Origin: Acaryochloris marina MBIC11017
Lineage (GTDB): Bacteria; Cyanobacteriota; Cyanobacteriia; Thermosynechococcales; Thermosynechococcaceae
Assembly: GCF_000018105.1 (NCBI RefSeq)
Contig: NC_009925.1
Location: 5,040,001 to 5,072,000, forward strand
Direction: 5' to 3'
Length of the DNA: 32,000 nucleotides
Shown here: positions 1 through 7,982 of the stretch, in pieces
Layout: each line of letters opens with the position of its first letter
How positions within the stretch are numbered: the stretch's first letter is position 1
Translations under genes and position numbers: made by a program
Notes under the pieces: generated by a model
The model's database searches: none
What the model saw: the letters and a program-made list of their open reading frames with translations, nothing else
Told to the model about the DNA's origin: nothing

Positions 1-1
1 G

Positions 2-1045
2 GTCTTCAGCCCTGACGGCCAGACCCTTGCCTCCGGGAGTAGAGACGACACCGTGAAACTGTGGGACAGACAGGGCAAGGAACTAGTCTCCTTCACTGAA
101 CGTGGTGATTCGGTCATGTCTGTGGCCTTTAACCCCGATGGTCAGACCCTCGCTTCCGGGGGGATTAGAGGTGTTGTGAAGCTGTGGGATAGACAGGGCA
201 AGGAACTGGCCTCCTTCAAGGGACATGGCAATTCGGTCAGCTTTGTGGCCTTCAGCTCCGACGGTCAGACCCTCGCCTCCAGGAGCACTGACGGCATCGT
301 GAAGCTGTGGGGCAGACAGGGCAAGGAACTGGCTTCCTTCACGGGCGGTAGGGCCAAATCCGTGGCCTTCAGTCCCGATGGCCAGACCCTTGCCTTCGAG
401 GATTCTGAGGGCACCATGAAGTTGTGGGACAGACAGGGCAAGGAATTGGCCTCCTTCAACGGACATGGCAATTTGGGCATGTCTGTGGTCTTCAGCCCCG
501 ACGGTCAGACCCTCGCCTCCGGGAGTCATTATGGCTCCGTGAAGCTGTGGGATAGACAGGGTAAGGAACTGGTTTCCTTCAAGGGACATGGCAATTCGGT
601 CAATTCTGTGGCCTTCAGCCCCGATGGTCAGACCCTCGCCTCCGGGAGTGTTGACGGCACCGTAAAGCTGTGGGGCAGACAGGGCAAGGAACTGGCCTCC
701 TTCAACGGACATGGCAATTCGGTCAATTCTGTGGTCTTCAGTCCCGATGGTCAGACCCTCGCCTCCGGGAGTAGAGACGGCACCGTAAAGCTTTGGAATA
801 GACAGGGCAAGGAATTGGCCTCCTTCAAGGGACATGGCGATTCGGTCATGTCCGTGGCCTTCAACCCCGATGGTCAGACCCTCGTCTCCGGGAGTACTGA
901 CGGCACTGTGAAGCTGTGGGATAGACAGGGCAAGGAATTGGCCTCTTTCACTGGACATAGCTCTTCGGTTAATTCCGTGGCCTTCAGCTCCGACGGTCAG
1001 ACCCTCGTTTCTGGGAGTGATGACCGCACCGTGAAGCTATGGAAT
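2..1045 (+). repeat. Tandem 123-bp coding repeats (WD40 blades), near-identical at nucleotide level
   Basis: The AAR-YTN-TGG (KLW) codon triplet recurs at 56, 179, 302, 419, 542, 665, 788, 911 and 1034. The period is 123 nt, except for one degenerate 117-nt unit (302-418). Confidence 0.9.
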
Positions 1046-1315
1046 ATGGACCTCGAACACTTAAGAGAATTGGGCTGCCAATGGTTAGGCAACTATTTTG
1101 CCAACAATCCGACTGGTCAAAAGCAGAGAGAAGTCTGCAATGGCGTTACAGGATCATCTCAACTTCAAGATAGCCAAGCAAAATTTTTCTCGGTTCATCA
1201 AATTCCTTTCCAGCTAGCAATGCAATTGCAGAACTTACCCATGCATATAACTGAGAGCTACAGAAACTTAGAAACTTCGTTGAAATTACTTGAATTTCCT
1301 CACTCCAAATCTTGA
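2..1315 (+). CDS. WD40-repeat protein, C-terminal portion (5' end outside window)
   Basis: The frame is open from nt 2 (VFSPDGQTLASGSRDDTVKLWD...), so the GTG at 53 in the ORF track is internal. One partial plus eight complete units of about 41 aa (KLWxRQGKELxSFxGHGxSVxSVxFSPDGQTLASGSxDGTV) are followed by a non-repeat tail of about 95 aa. TGA at 1313-1315. Confidence 0.92.
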   Translation, partial: VFSPDGQTLASGSRDDTVKLWDRQGKELVSFTERGDSVMSVAFNPDGQTLASGGIRGVVKLWDRQGKELASFKGHGNSVSFVAFSSDGQTLASRSTDGIVKLWGRQGKELASFTGGRAKSVAFSPDGQTLAFEDSEGTMKLWDRQGKELASFNGHGNLGMSVVFSPDGQTLASGSHYGSVKLWDRQGKELVSFKGHGNSVNSVAFSPDGQTLASGSVDGTVKLWGRQGKELASFNGHGNSVNSVVFSPDGQTLASGSRDGTVKLWNRQGKELASFKGHGDSVMSVAFNPDGQTLVSGSTDGTVKLWDRQGKELASFTGHSSSVNSVAFSSDGQTLVSGSDDRTVKLWNMDLEHLRELGCQWLGNYFANNPTGQKQREVCNGVTGSSQLQDSQAKFFSVHQIPFQLAMQLQNLPMHITESYRNLETSLKLLEFPHSKS

Positions 1316-1647
1316 TAAAGCATTTCAAACCCAGAACGGTCTATTCTACGATTACCCTGTTTTGGAGAACGTTACCATCTGTACAATTTCAAGGCAATCA
1401 ATGGCTGCTGAGTTGCGTTCAGAGGATGCTTGGCCTTATAGGTAATAAGCTGAAGGGCTAGGGAGAAAAACCTTTTTTGGTATAAAAATGGAGTCTGATG
1501 GCCCTTACCCTACCAATCTTGGGAGAGGGACTTTTAAGACTTCATTCTTAGAGAATGGAAAAAGTGTTGCCAGTTGCGCAAGAAACGGGTGGTTTTTACC
1601 GCTCAAGATCGATACCGTAGACGGAGAAAACTGACTGACTCAACACC

Positions 1648-2502
1648 ATGCCTCCTCCAAATACCATTGCCAGCGAGATAGACACCTACGATCGCATCTC
1701 CGATGCCATTACTTTTATTCGCCAGCATCACCTAGAGCAGCCCAATCTTTCAACCATCGCCCAGCACGTCAACCTCAGCGACTATCACTTTCAGCGATTA
1801 TTCACCCAATGGGCAGGGATTAGCCCCAAACGCTTTCTCCAATACCTGACTCTAGACTATGCAAAATCGAGAATCGATCAGTCCCAGAATCTGCTAGCCC
1901 TAACCGCCGAGTCAGGACTATCCAGCCCAGGACGACTCCACGACTTATTCATCACCCTAGAAGCCATGTCTCCCGGTGAATACCGAGCAGGAGGGGCTGG
2001 GCTCAATATCCGCTACGGTATCCACGAAACCCCCTTTGGATATTGCCTAATTGCCCTTACCCCCCGTGGTATTTGCAACATTCATTTTTTGCCCAGTGCC
2101 GACGAACAAGCGAGCCAAAAGCAGCTCCAAACAGACTGGCCCCAAGCCAAAATCATCCGTGATCAAACCGCAACGGGGAACGTGTGCGATCAAGTCTTCG
2201 CCGCCTCTCCTTCCTCCCCCTTAGCCCTCCACCTCAAAGGCACCAACTTTCAGATTCAAGTCTGGCAAGCCCTCTTGAGAATTCCCCAAGGAGAACTGAC
2301 CACCTATCAAACCTTAGCCACCGCCATGGGTAAACCCACCGCCGCTCGCGCCATTGGTAATGCCGTAGGCCGTAATCCCATCGCTTATCTGATTCCCTGC
2401 CATCGGGTGATTCGGAGAACAGGAGAATTGGGAGGCTATCGTTGGGGATGCGATCGAAAAGCAGCCATGCTGGGTTGGGAAGCCAGCCAAATCAAGGAGT
2501 AA
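1648..2502 (+). CDS. AraC-family HTH fused to methylated-DNA--protein-cysteine methyltransferase (Ada/Ogt-like)
   Basis: The N-terminus has an AraC-type HTH (LSTIAQHVNLSDYHFQRLFTQWAGISPKRFLQ). The C-terminus has the MGMT active-site motif IPCHRVI followed by GELGGYRWG. Confidence 0.85.
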   Translation: MPPPNTIASEIDTYDRISDAITFIRQHHLEQPNLSTIAQHVNLSDYHFQRLFTQWAGISPKRFLQYLTLDYAKSRIDQSQNLLALTAESGLSSPGRLHDLFITLEAMSPGEYRAGGAGLNIRYGIHETPFGYCLIALTPRGICNIHFLPSADEQASQKQLQTDWPQAKIIRDQTATGNVCDQVFAASPSSPLALHLKGTNFQIQVWQALLRIPQGELTTYQTLATAMGKPTAARAIGNAVGRNPIAYLIPCHRVIRRTGELGGYRWGCDRKAAMLGWEASQIKE

Positions 2503-2538
2503 CTCTGCAAAATCTTGACCTAGAGATCAGCGCTGATC

Positions 2539-2790
2539 ATGCCAAAATTTATGGTGATCGAAACCTTCAAGCCTAATTGCCGAGACCTCGCCTACGAAAG
2601 ATTTCATCAGCAGGGACGTTTATTACCGTCCGGTCTCCACTATTTGGATAGCTGGTTAGAAGCAAACGGCAATCGATGCTTCCAACTGATGGAAACTTCA
2701 GACATCGCCCTATTTGATCAGTGGATCGCCCACTGGGAAGATCTAGTATCCTTTGAAGTGATCGAGCTGGGCGAGAAGCCACAATTATGA
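2539..2790 (+). CDS. DUF3303-family small protein
   Basis: 83 aa. MVIETFK...YERFHQQGRLLPSGLHYLDSWLEANGNRCFQLME...WIAHWEDLVSFEV matches my memory of the DUF3303 consensus. Confidence 0.7.
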   Translation: MPKFMVIETFKPNCRDLAYERFHQQGRLLPSGLHYLDSWLEANGNRCFQLMETSDIALFDQWIAHWEDLVSFEVIELGEKPQL

Positions 2791-2817
2791 GCCGATCGCA
2801 GAGTTTAGGACCATGCC

Positions 2818-3282
2818 ATGATTCGACCGACCCAACCCAAAGATAAAACGGCCATCCTGGCCATTGCTAAAGCCATTGGGTTTCAGCCAGAGGAACAGGA
2901 AACCCTGGGGGAAATGGTGGCTGACTATTTCAAGGGCAACGGTGAACTGTGGTTTACGGACGATGAGCAGGGTCCCGTCGGGGTTGCCTACTGCGCCTCC
3001 GAACGGATGACCACCGGAACCTGGAACCTGCTGTTTATTGCCATTCACCCCGAACGGCAGGGGCAAGGACGAGGCACCGCCCTAATTCACCATGTCGAGC
3101 AAACCCTGACCGCCCAAGGTGTGCGTTTGCTCCTAGTCGAAACCTCAGGCGTACCAGATTTTGAACCTACCCGCCAGTTTTATCGCCACTGCGGTTATGA
3201 AGAAGAAGCCAGAATTCGTGAATTCTATGATGCTGGGGATGACAAGATCGTGTTTCGCAAGGTCCTTAAGACCGTGGACTAG
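2818..3282 (+). CDS. GNAT-family N-acetyltransferase
   Basis: 154 aa with the acetyl-CoA binding motif IHPERQGQGRGTALI (Q/RxxGxG) and a typical GNAT length. Confidence 0.8.
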   Translation: MIRPTQPKDKTAILAIAKAIGFQPEEQETLGEMVADYFKGNGELWFTDDEQGPVGVAYCASERMTTGTWNLLFIAIHPERQGQGRGTALIHHVEQTLTAQGVRLLLVETSGVPDFEPTRQFYRHCGYEEEARIREFYDAGDDKIVFRKVLKTVD

Positions 3283-3299
3283 GGTAACAGCGCCTCAAT

Positions 3300-4286
3300 T
3301 TAGGCTACATCAACCACGACCTTGCCGATAAGTTGGCCACTATCCAACGCATCATGGGCTTGAGCCGTTTCAGATAAGGGATAGTGAGCCGCAATCTTCG
3401 CCTGCAGGGCACCATCATTAATGGCTTGATTGATATCTCTGGCCGCTGCGGCATGGGCTTCCTCACTCATGGCATATACCAGCACCGTTCGTAGAGCCGC
3501 ATTCTTGTAGAGCAGATCGTAGAACGGAATCGTAACCTGGGGTGTGTTCCCCGATTCGTAAGTTGCAATCACCCCATTACGAGCCACAAGCTTGGCGTTG
3601 ATTTCCATATTGGCCGCCAGAGCCACATCGACAATGCGATCGCATCCCCGTTTGCCAACGAATTCCCGCACCCTGGCGACAATATCCTCCTGGCGATAGT
3701 TGAGGACAAGATCGGCCCCGCATTGAGCTGCCGTCTCAGCCTTTTCTTCATTACTCACCGTGGTAATTGCTCGGGCACCGCCCCATTTAGCCAGCTGAAT
3801 GGCATACATCCCCACTGCCCCTGCACCACCATGAACCAGAATGGTTTTGTCCTCGACGGCACCATCACTAAAGACCGAAAAGTGGGCTGTCATCGCCGGT
3901 ACACCCAAACTGGCTCCTGCTGCAAAATCGAACGACTCAGGTAGCGGCACTGCTTTATAAGCCGGTACAACCACATAGTCCGCCGCCGTTCCCCAGGCAG
4001 AACCTCGTTGGGCTTCATAAATCCAGACCCGTTCTCCGACTCGCGAGGGTGGAACCCCCTCTCCCACTGCCTCAATCATGCCTGCCCCATCATTATGGGG
4101 AATGGTTCGAGGATAGGGTTGCTTTAACCCCATCCAACCGCTGCGAAATTTAGTATCCGAGGGATTAACCCCAGACGCATGGACGCGAACCAGGACTTCC
4201 CCAGGGCCGGGGGAGGGCTGTTCCAGGTCGCCATATTGCAAAACAGCGGCTGCTTCTCCCGGTTCCTCGTACCAAATCGCCTTCAT
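3300..4286 (-). CDS. NADPH:quinone reductase-like medium-chain dehydrogenase/reductase
   Basis: 328 aa. GEVLVRVHASGVNPSDTKFRSG at the N-terminus and the Rossmann motif VHGGAGAVGMYAIQLAK are the zeta-crystallin/QOR pattern. Confidence 0.85.
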   Translation of the reverse strand: MKAIWYEEPGEAAAVLQYGDLEQPSPGPGEVLVRVHASGVNPSDTKFRSGWMGLKQPYPRTIPHNDGAGMIEAVGEGVPPSRVGERVWIYEAQRGSAWGTAADYVVVPAYKAVPLPESFDFAAGASLGVPAMTAHFSVFSDGAVEDKTILVHGGAGAVGMYAIQLAKWGGARAITTVSNEEKAETAAQCGADLVLNYRQEDIVARVREFVGKRGCDRIVDVALAANMEINAKLVARNGVIATYESGNTPQVTIPFYDLLYKNAALRTVLVYAMSEEAHAAAARDINQAINDGALQAKIAAHYPLSETAQAHDALDSGQLIGKVVVDVA

Positions 4287-4586
4287 ATCATCTTTTTCCG
4301 TTGCGTTTGAGGGTCTCTTGAGGCTGGTTTTAATGGGTAAAGACTCGATAAATCGGATTGAATATGCAAGTTTACGGAAAAATTTCCATTTTCTTAGTGT
4401 TATGAATTGGGGGAAATTATATCGTCACTCTGACAATATCACTTCAGCTTTATGCCCCTAGGGATGGAGGCTTTATTGTGTTACTCAATGTTACCAATTG
4501 GTCCTAGAAGCTAAAGAATTATCAGGTAATTTCTTAGAGGCTGAAGGGTTTGGATGGAGAATTTTAACTAGCGCTTCGCCAATACC

Positions 4587-6323
4587 ATGAACTCCGATTC
4601 TCAAGTCCCGCCCTCTCCGTCTCCAGGCCGATCACAGCCCGGCCAGAATAGCGCTCAGACTCAGCCCGTCCAGCCCCAGCAAATCCTAGATGCTTTGCCG
4701 GTTGTGGTCTGGCAAGCAGATAGCCAAGGAAGCATTATTTCCTTGAGTGCTCGGTGGCAAACTTTTACCGGATACTCCTCCCAACTCTCCCTGGGAGAGG
4801 CATTTTGGGATAGGGTGGCAGAACAAGAAGTAGCGTTAAGTCGGCAACAGTGGCAGACGTTCTGCCAACAACAGCAGCCTTTTACTCTTTATCTGAATGT
4901 GGTTCAGACAGGGGGGACGTTTAGTCGGGTTCTTGTCATGGGGGAACCCCTGCAAGATGAACAAGCACAGCCGATTGGTTGGGTGGGGACAATGCAGTTG
5001 GTTGATGAGTTGGAACCGGCGTCACCTGAGTTGGATTATGGTCAACATTTCTTGGCGGCCGTTTTAGATAACCTCTCCAATGGCATTGTGGCCTGTGATT
5101 CCCAAGGCGTTTTGACCCTTACTAATCGGGCCACCCAGGAAATCCATCAAAAACCCTTTCGTCAAATTCCGGCGGAACAATGGGCGGATTACTATCAGTT
5201 GTACCGACCAGATGGCATCACCGTTCTCGAACGGGATGAAAACCCTTTGTATCAAGCGCTGTTAGGGGAGTCGGTGCAAAATGCCGAGGTGATGATTAAG
5301 CCTGCTCAGGGACCACCCCATACGGTGCTGGCGAGTGGAGATCCCATCATTGCGAAAGATGGCCAAACCTTGGGGGCCGTGGTGATTCTGCAGGATATCA
5401 CCGAACGGAAAAAGGCTGAACAGGAATTACAAGAAAGTGAAGAACGCTGGCAGTTGGCGTTGCAAGGGGCTGGTGACGGTATTTTTGATTGGAGTCTCGT
5501 CACCAATAAAGCGTTTCTCTCCCTACCCTGGAAGCAGACCTTAGGTTATGAAGCCCATGAGGTAGAGAACAGCTTTGAAGGCTGGCGATCCTTAGTACAC
5601 CCGGATGATTTAGAGGATGCAGCGGCAGCGTTGGAAGCGCACTTTAAACAAGAAGAACCCTTGTACCAATCAGAGTTTCGGATGCGGTGCAAGGATGGTA
5701 CGTATAAGTGGATTCTCGCCCGAGGTCAGACCCAAAGGGATGCAGATGGACAACCGATCCGCATGTTGGGATTGCACCAGGATATAACCCCTCAGAAACT
5801 GGCAGAACAAAAGCTGGCTGAAATGAACCGGGCATTAGAGTCTCGCGTCAACACCCAAGACTCCCAGTTAGCGGAGGCCAATCACCAAAACGAAGCATTA
5901 GCGGCCCAAGAACAGACGGCCCGTCAGCAGGCCCAAGTTGCCCAAGCAGAAACTGAACTCTACGAAAAAATTGTCAACAATATTCAAGTGGGTTTCCTGG
6001 TTTGGCATTCGACCGATTTAACCTCTATTGAATCCTTTGAGTTGCTCATGGCTAACCCAGCAGCAGAGCGGCTGCTAGAAATGGAACTGCAGGACAAAAT
6101 AGGGGATCTGATTGGTGCTGTTTTCCCCGATTATGTCCAAAATCATCCCAACAACTTGTTGGCACTTTTGCAAGTGATTCGGAGTCAGCAACCCCGCACC
6201 ATGGGCAATGCCAGTATTTTGCTACCAACCGGAGCAACACGAGTTCTGTGCTTGCGGGCTTTTCCCTTACCAGATGCGTGTGTTGGTATTGCATTTGAAC
6301 CCACGGCTGATGCTTCGGTTTGA
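4587..6323 (+). CDS. Multi-PAS/PAC sensor protein without recognisable output domain
   Basis: 578 aa. A Pro/Gln-rich N-terminus is followed by several PAS/PAC-like blocks (e.g. VVILQDITERKKAEQEL, GLHQDITPQKLAEQKL) and a coiled-coil linker. I saw no HisKA, GGDEF or EAL motifs. Confidence 0.8.
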   Translation: MNSDSQVPPSPSPGRSQPGQNSAQTQPVQPQQILDALPVVVWQADSQGSIISLSARWQTFTGYSSQLSLGEAFWDRVAEQEVALSRQQWQTFCQQQQPFTLYLNVVQTGGTFSRVLVMGEPLQDEQAQPIGWVGTMQLVDELEPASPELDYGQHFLAAVLDNLSNGIVACDSQGVLTLTNRATQEIHQKPFRQIPAEQWADYYQLYRPDGITVLERDENPLYQALLGESVQNAEVMIKPAQGPPHTVLASGDPIIAKDGQTLGAVVILQDITERKKAEQELQESEERWQLALQGAGDGIFDWSLVTNKAFLSLPWKQTLGYEAHEVENSFEGWRSLVHPDDLEDAAAALEAHFKQEEPLYQSEFRMRCKDGTYKWILARGQTQRDADGQPIRMLGLHQDITPQKLAEQKLAEMNRALESRVNTQDSQLAEANHQNEALAAQEQTARQQAQVAQAETELYEKIVNNIQVGFLVWHSTDLTSIESFELLMANPAAERLLEMELQDKIGDLIGAVFPDYVQNHPNNLLALLQVIRSQQPRTMGNASILLPTGATRVLCLRAFPLPDACVGIAFEPTADASV

Positions 6324-6461
6324 AGGGTGAGAGGGTAGCCGTCGATGTCTACTTCTTTCGGTAGATGCCGTGCAGAAGCAAACTCCTTCTCTTGCCAGAT
6401 GGAATGCTAGGCAGAATTCCCTAGCCTGGAAGGGCAGCAGTATAAAGGGAGTTAAATCTAG

Positions 6462-6701
6462 GTGTTGGCAGGAATCCAACTTATTTTTGGAATGACTGAT
6501 ATTCGGTGGAGGAGACTATTGCTCTCCATCATCATTTGGGTGATTTCAGAGGTTGGATTGACTTGTCTGGGGTTGGATGACTTAGCAGATTGTGGTGAAT
6601 ACATCTATAAGCATCGAAACATTGCCGTTGAGATTGCACCGGTCGCCCAAGCATTCCCCACTCCTAGCCTCGTTATTCCCACTATCTGCAGCCAGTTGTA
6701 A
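6462..6701 (+). CDS. Possible small membrane protein (hypothetical)
   Basis: The ORF has a GTG start (alternative ATG at 6492) and one hydrophobic stretch (LLLSIIIWVISEVGLTCLGL). No family was recognised, so coding status is uncertain. Confidence 0.25.
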   Translation: MLAGIQLIFGMTDIRWRRLLLSIIIWVISEVGLTCLGLDDLADCGEYIYKHRNIAVEIAPVAQAFPTPSLVIPTICSQL

Positions 6702-6723
6702 CGGATTAGAGATATAGCGTTTC

Positions 6724-7101
6724 ATGCATTTTGAACAGGTAACTTATCCATTTATCGGCATTGATCAACAGCCTTCAACCTGTATTTTGACGATTTATCG
6801 TCAGCCTAATTTTGATGTTGTGATGATTCAGAATTCATCCCAGGAAGACGAGACATTAGCGATTAAGCGATTGGATGCGATCTCAACCGGCGTTACCCGA
6901 GATTATCACCTCGATCCGGATCGCACCTGCTGGTTGATTCAGACCCCAGAGCCCTTGAATCTACTGGGGGAATATCGCAAAATCCCGATTCAAAACACGC
7001 GAGAGGGGATGGTGCTCGCCAATCCTGAGCAGCGATGGTTCTATCTATCTGAAGTAGATGTGCAAGCCATGCTTGGCATCCCTGTACAGACTGTCGCTTA
7101 A
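6724..7101 (+). CDS. Hypothetical protein
   Basis: A 125-aa ATG-initiated ORF in an otherwise ORF-free interval. No family recognised. Confidence 0.5.
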   Translation: MHFEQVTYPFIGIDQQPSTCILTIYRQPNFDVVMIQNSSQEDETLAIKRLDAISTGVTRDYHLDPDRTCWLIQTPEPLNLLGEYRKIPIQNTREGMVLANPEQRWFYLSEVDVQAMLGIPVQTVA

Positions 7102-7182
7102 TCTCACATTCCATTCACTGAATAAATTTGACTGTTCCCATGCATTTGGGAAGAGATCTCACTGTTGTCCTTTAGGAGAAAT

Positions 7183-7437
7183 ATGATGGCCGCCTCATCC
7201 CCACTAACCGGTATTGAATTAATTAACTGTGCCAAGGCCAATGCCAAGAAAGGTACTAAATTTGCAGCGAAACAATGTGGTTATGGTGACCCGACGCAAT
7301 TTCTAAATGCGGTTCAAGACGCCTGCCAGAGTATTGGCGTTGATATCGATGAACTCCAAGATTTAGTGTCTGATCCACATCCGGCAAAAGTGATTTCTGG
7401 AATCGAGATTGCCCCAGAAACACCTACTAGCCTGTAG
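7183..7437 (+). CDS. Hypothetical protein
   Basis: An in-frame ATG at 7183 is preceded by TAGGAGA (7173-7179). The track ORF from 7165 uses a non-ATG start. 84 aa, no family recognised. Confidence 0.55.
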   Translation: MMAASSPLTGIELINCAKANAKKGTKFAAKQCGYGDPTQFLNAVQDACQSIGVDIDELQDLVSDPHPAKVISGIEIAPETPTSL

Positions 7438-7515
7438 CTGAGTGCCAGGTCTTTGCTTGATTGACCTGCTCAATACTCATGCCGATTTTTATAGCAATTG
7501 TTTCAGCCGCTTTTT

Positions 7516-7980
7516 ATGAATTTTTTGCAATCCTCCCCCCTAAAATATTTACCCCCGTTACTGGCTGTGGGCTTAGGCTTCAGTTTTCAAGCCATGCCCG
7601 GTCTAGCCGTTCAGCCATCAGTGCAGGCGGAATCTCACCTCTACGGACAGTCTCAGAAGCCCAACCAACTTAAACAGGGGTATGTGGTGTTCGAGCAGTA
7701 TGGAAACACCGTCGTTGGAGCCTCCTACTATCCCCGCTCAGAATTTCGATGCTTTGTCGGTAACCTCGACCCACAATCAGAGGCGGTAACCGGGGTAATG
7801 TTAGCCTCGATGCAGAGGTCACAGACCCCGATCAATATCAATCTGTCTCCCTTGCATCAGCTGGATCGGCTGAGCCCAAATGACCAACGGATGCTAGCGA
7901 CTTGTAAACAAGCTGTGGTTAATCGACAACAGCAACTCCCAGCCCGATGGCAACCGATTCCTGCAGCGCTACTGCAGTAA
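7516..7980 (+). CDS. Hypothetical secreted protein
   Basis: The ATG at 7516 gives MNFLQSSPLKYLPPLLAVGLGFSFQAMPGLAVQ, which looks like a signal peptide. The track start at 7498 is TTG. Confidence 0.6.
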   Translation: MNFLQSSPLKYLPPLLAVGLGFSFQAMPGLAVQPSVQAESHLYGQSQKPNQLKQGYVVFEQYGNTVVGASYYPRSEFRCFVGNLDPQSEAVTGVMLASMQRSQTPININLSPLHQLDRLSPNDQRMLATCKQAVVNRQQQLPARWQPIPAALLQ

Positions 7981-7982
7981 GC

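Noticed and set aside
83-958. 291-aa ORF on the minus strand (plus the 71-aa ORF at 265..480)
   Set aside because: It lies antisense to the WD40 repeats. Its own periodic sequence simply mirrors the 123-nt repeat, and it has no recognisable protein signature, whereas the + strand frame has a textbook WD40 pattern.
2-1045. Regular 123-bp repeats as a possible CRISPR array
   Set aside because: The repeats are contiguous with no unique spacers. They are in frame and encode WD40 blades.
2573-3066. Minus-strand ORFs 2573..2782 and 2785..3066
   Set aside because: They are antisense shadows of the DUF3303 and GNAT genes, and no motif was recognised.
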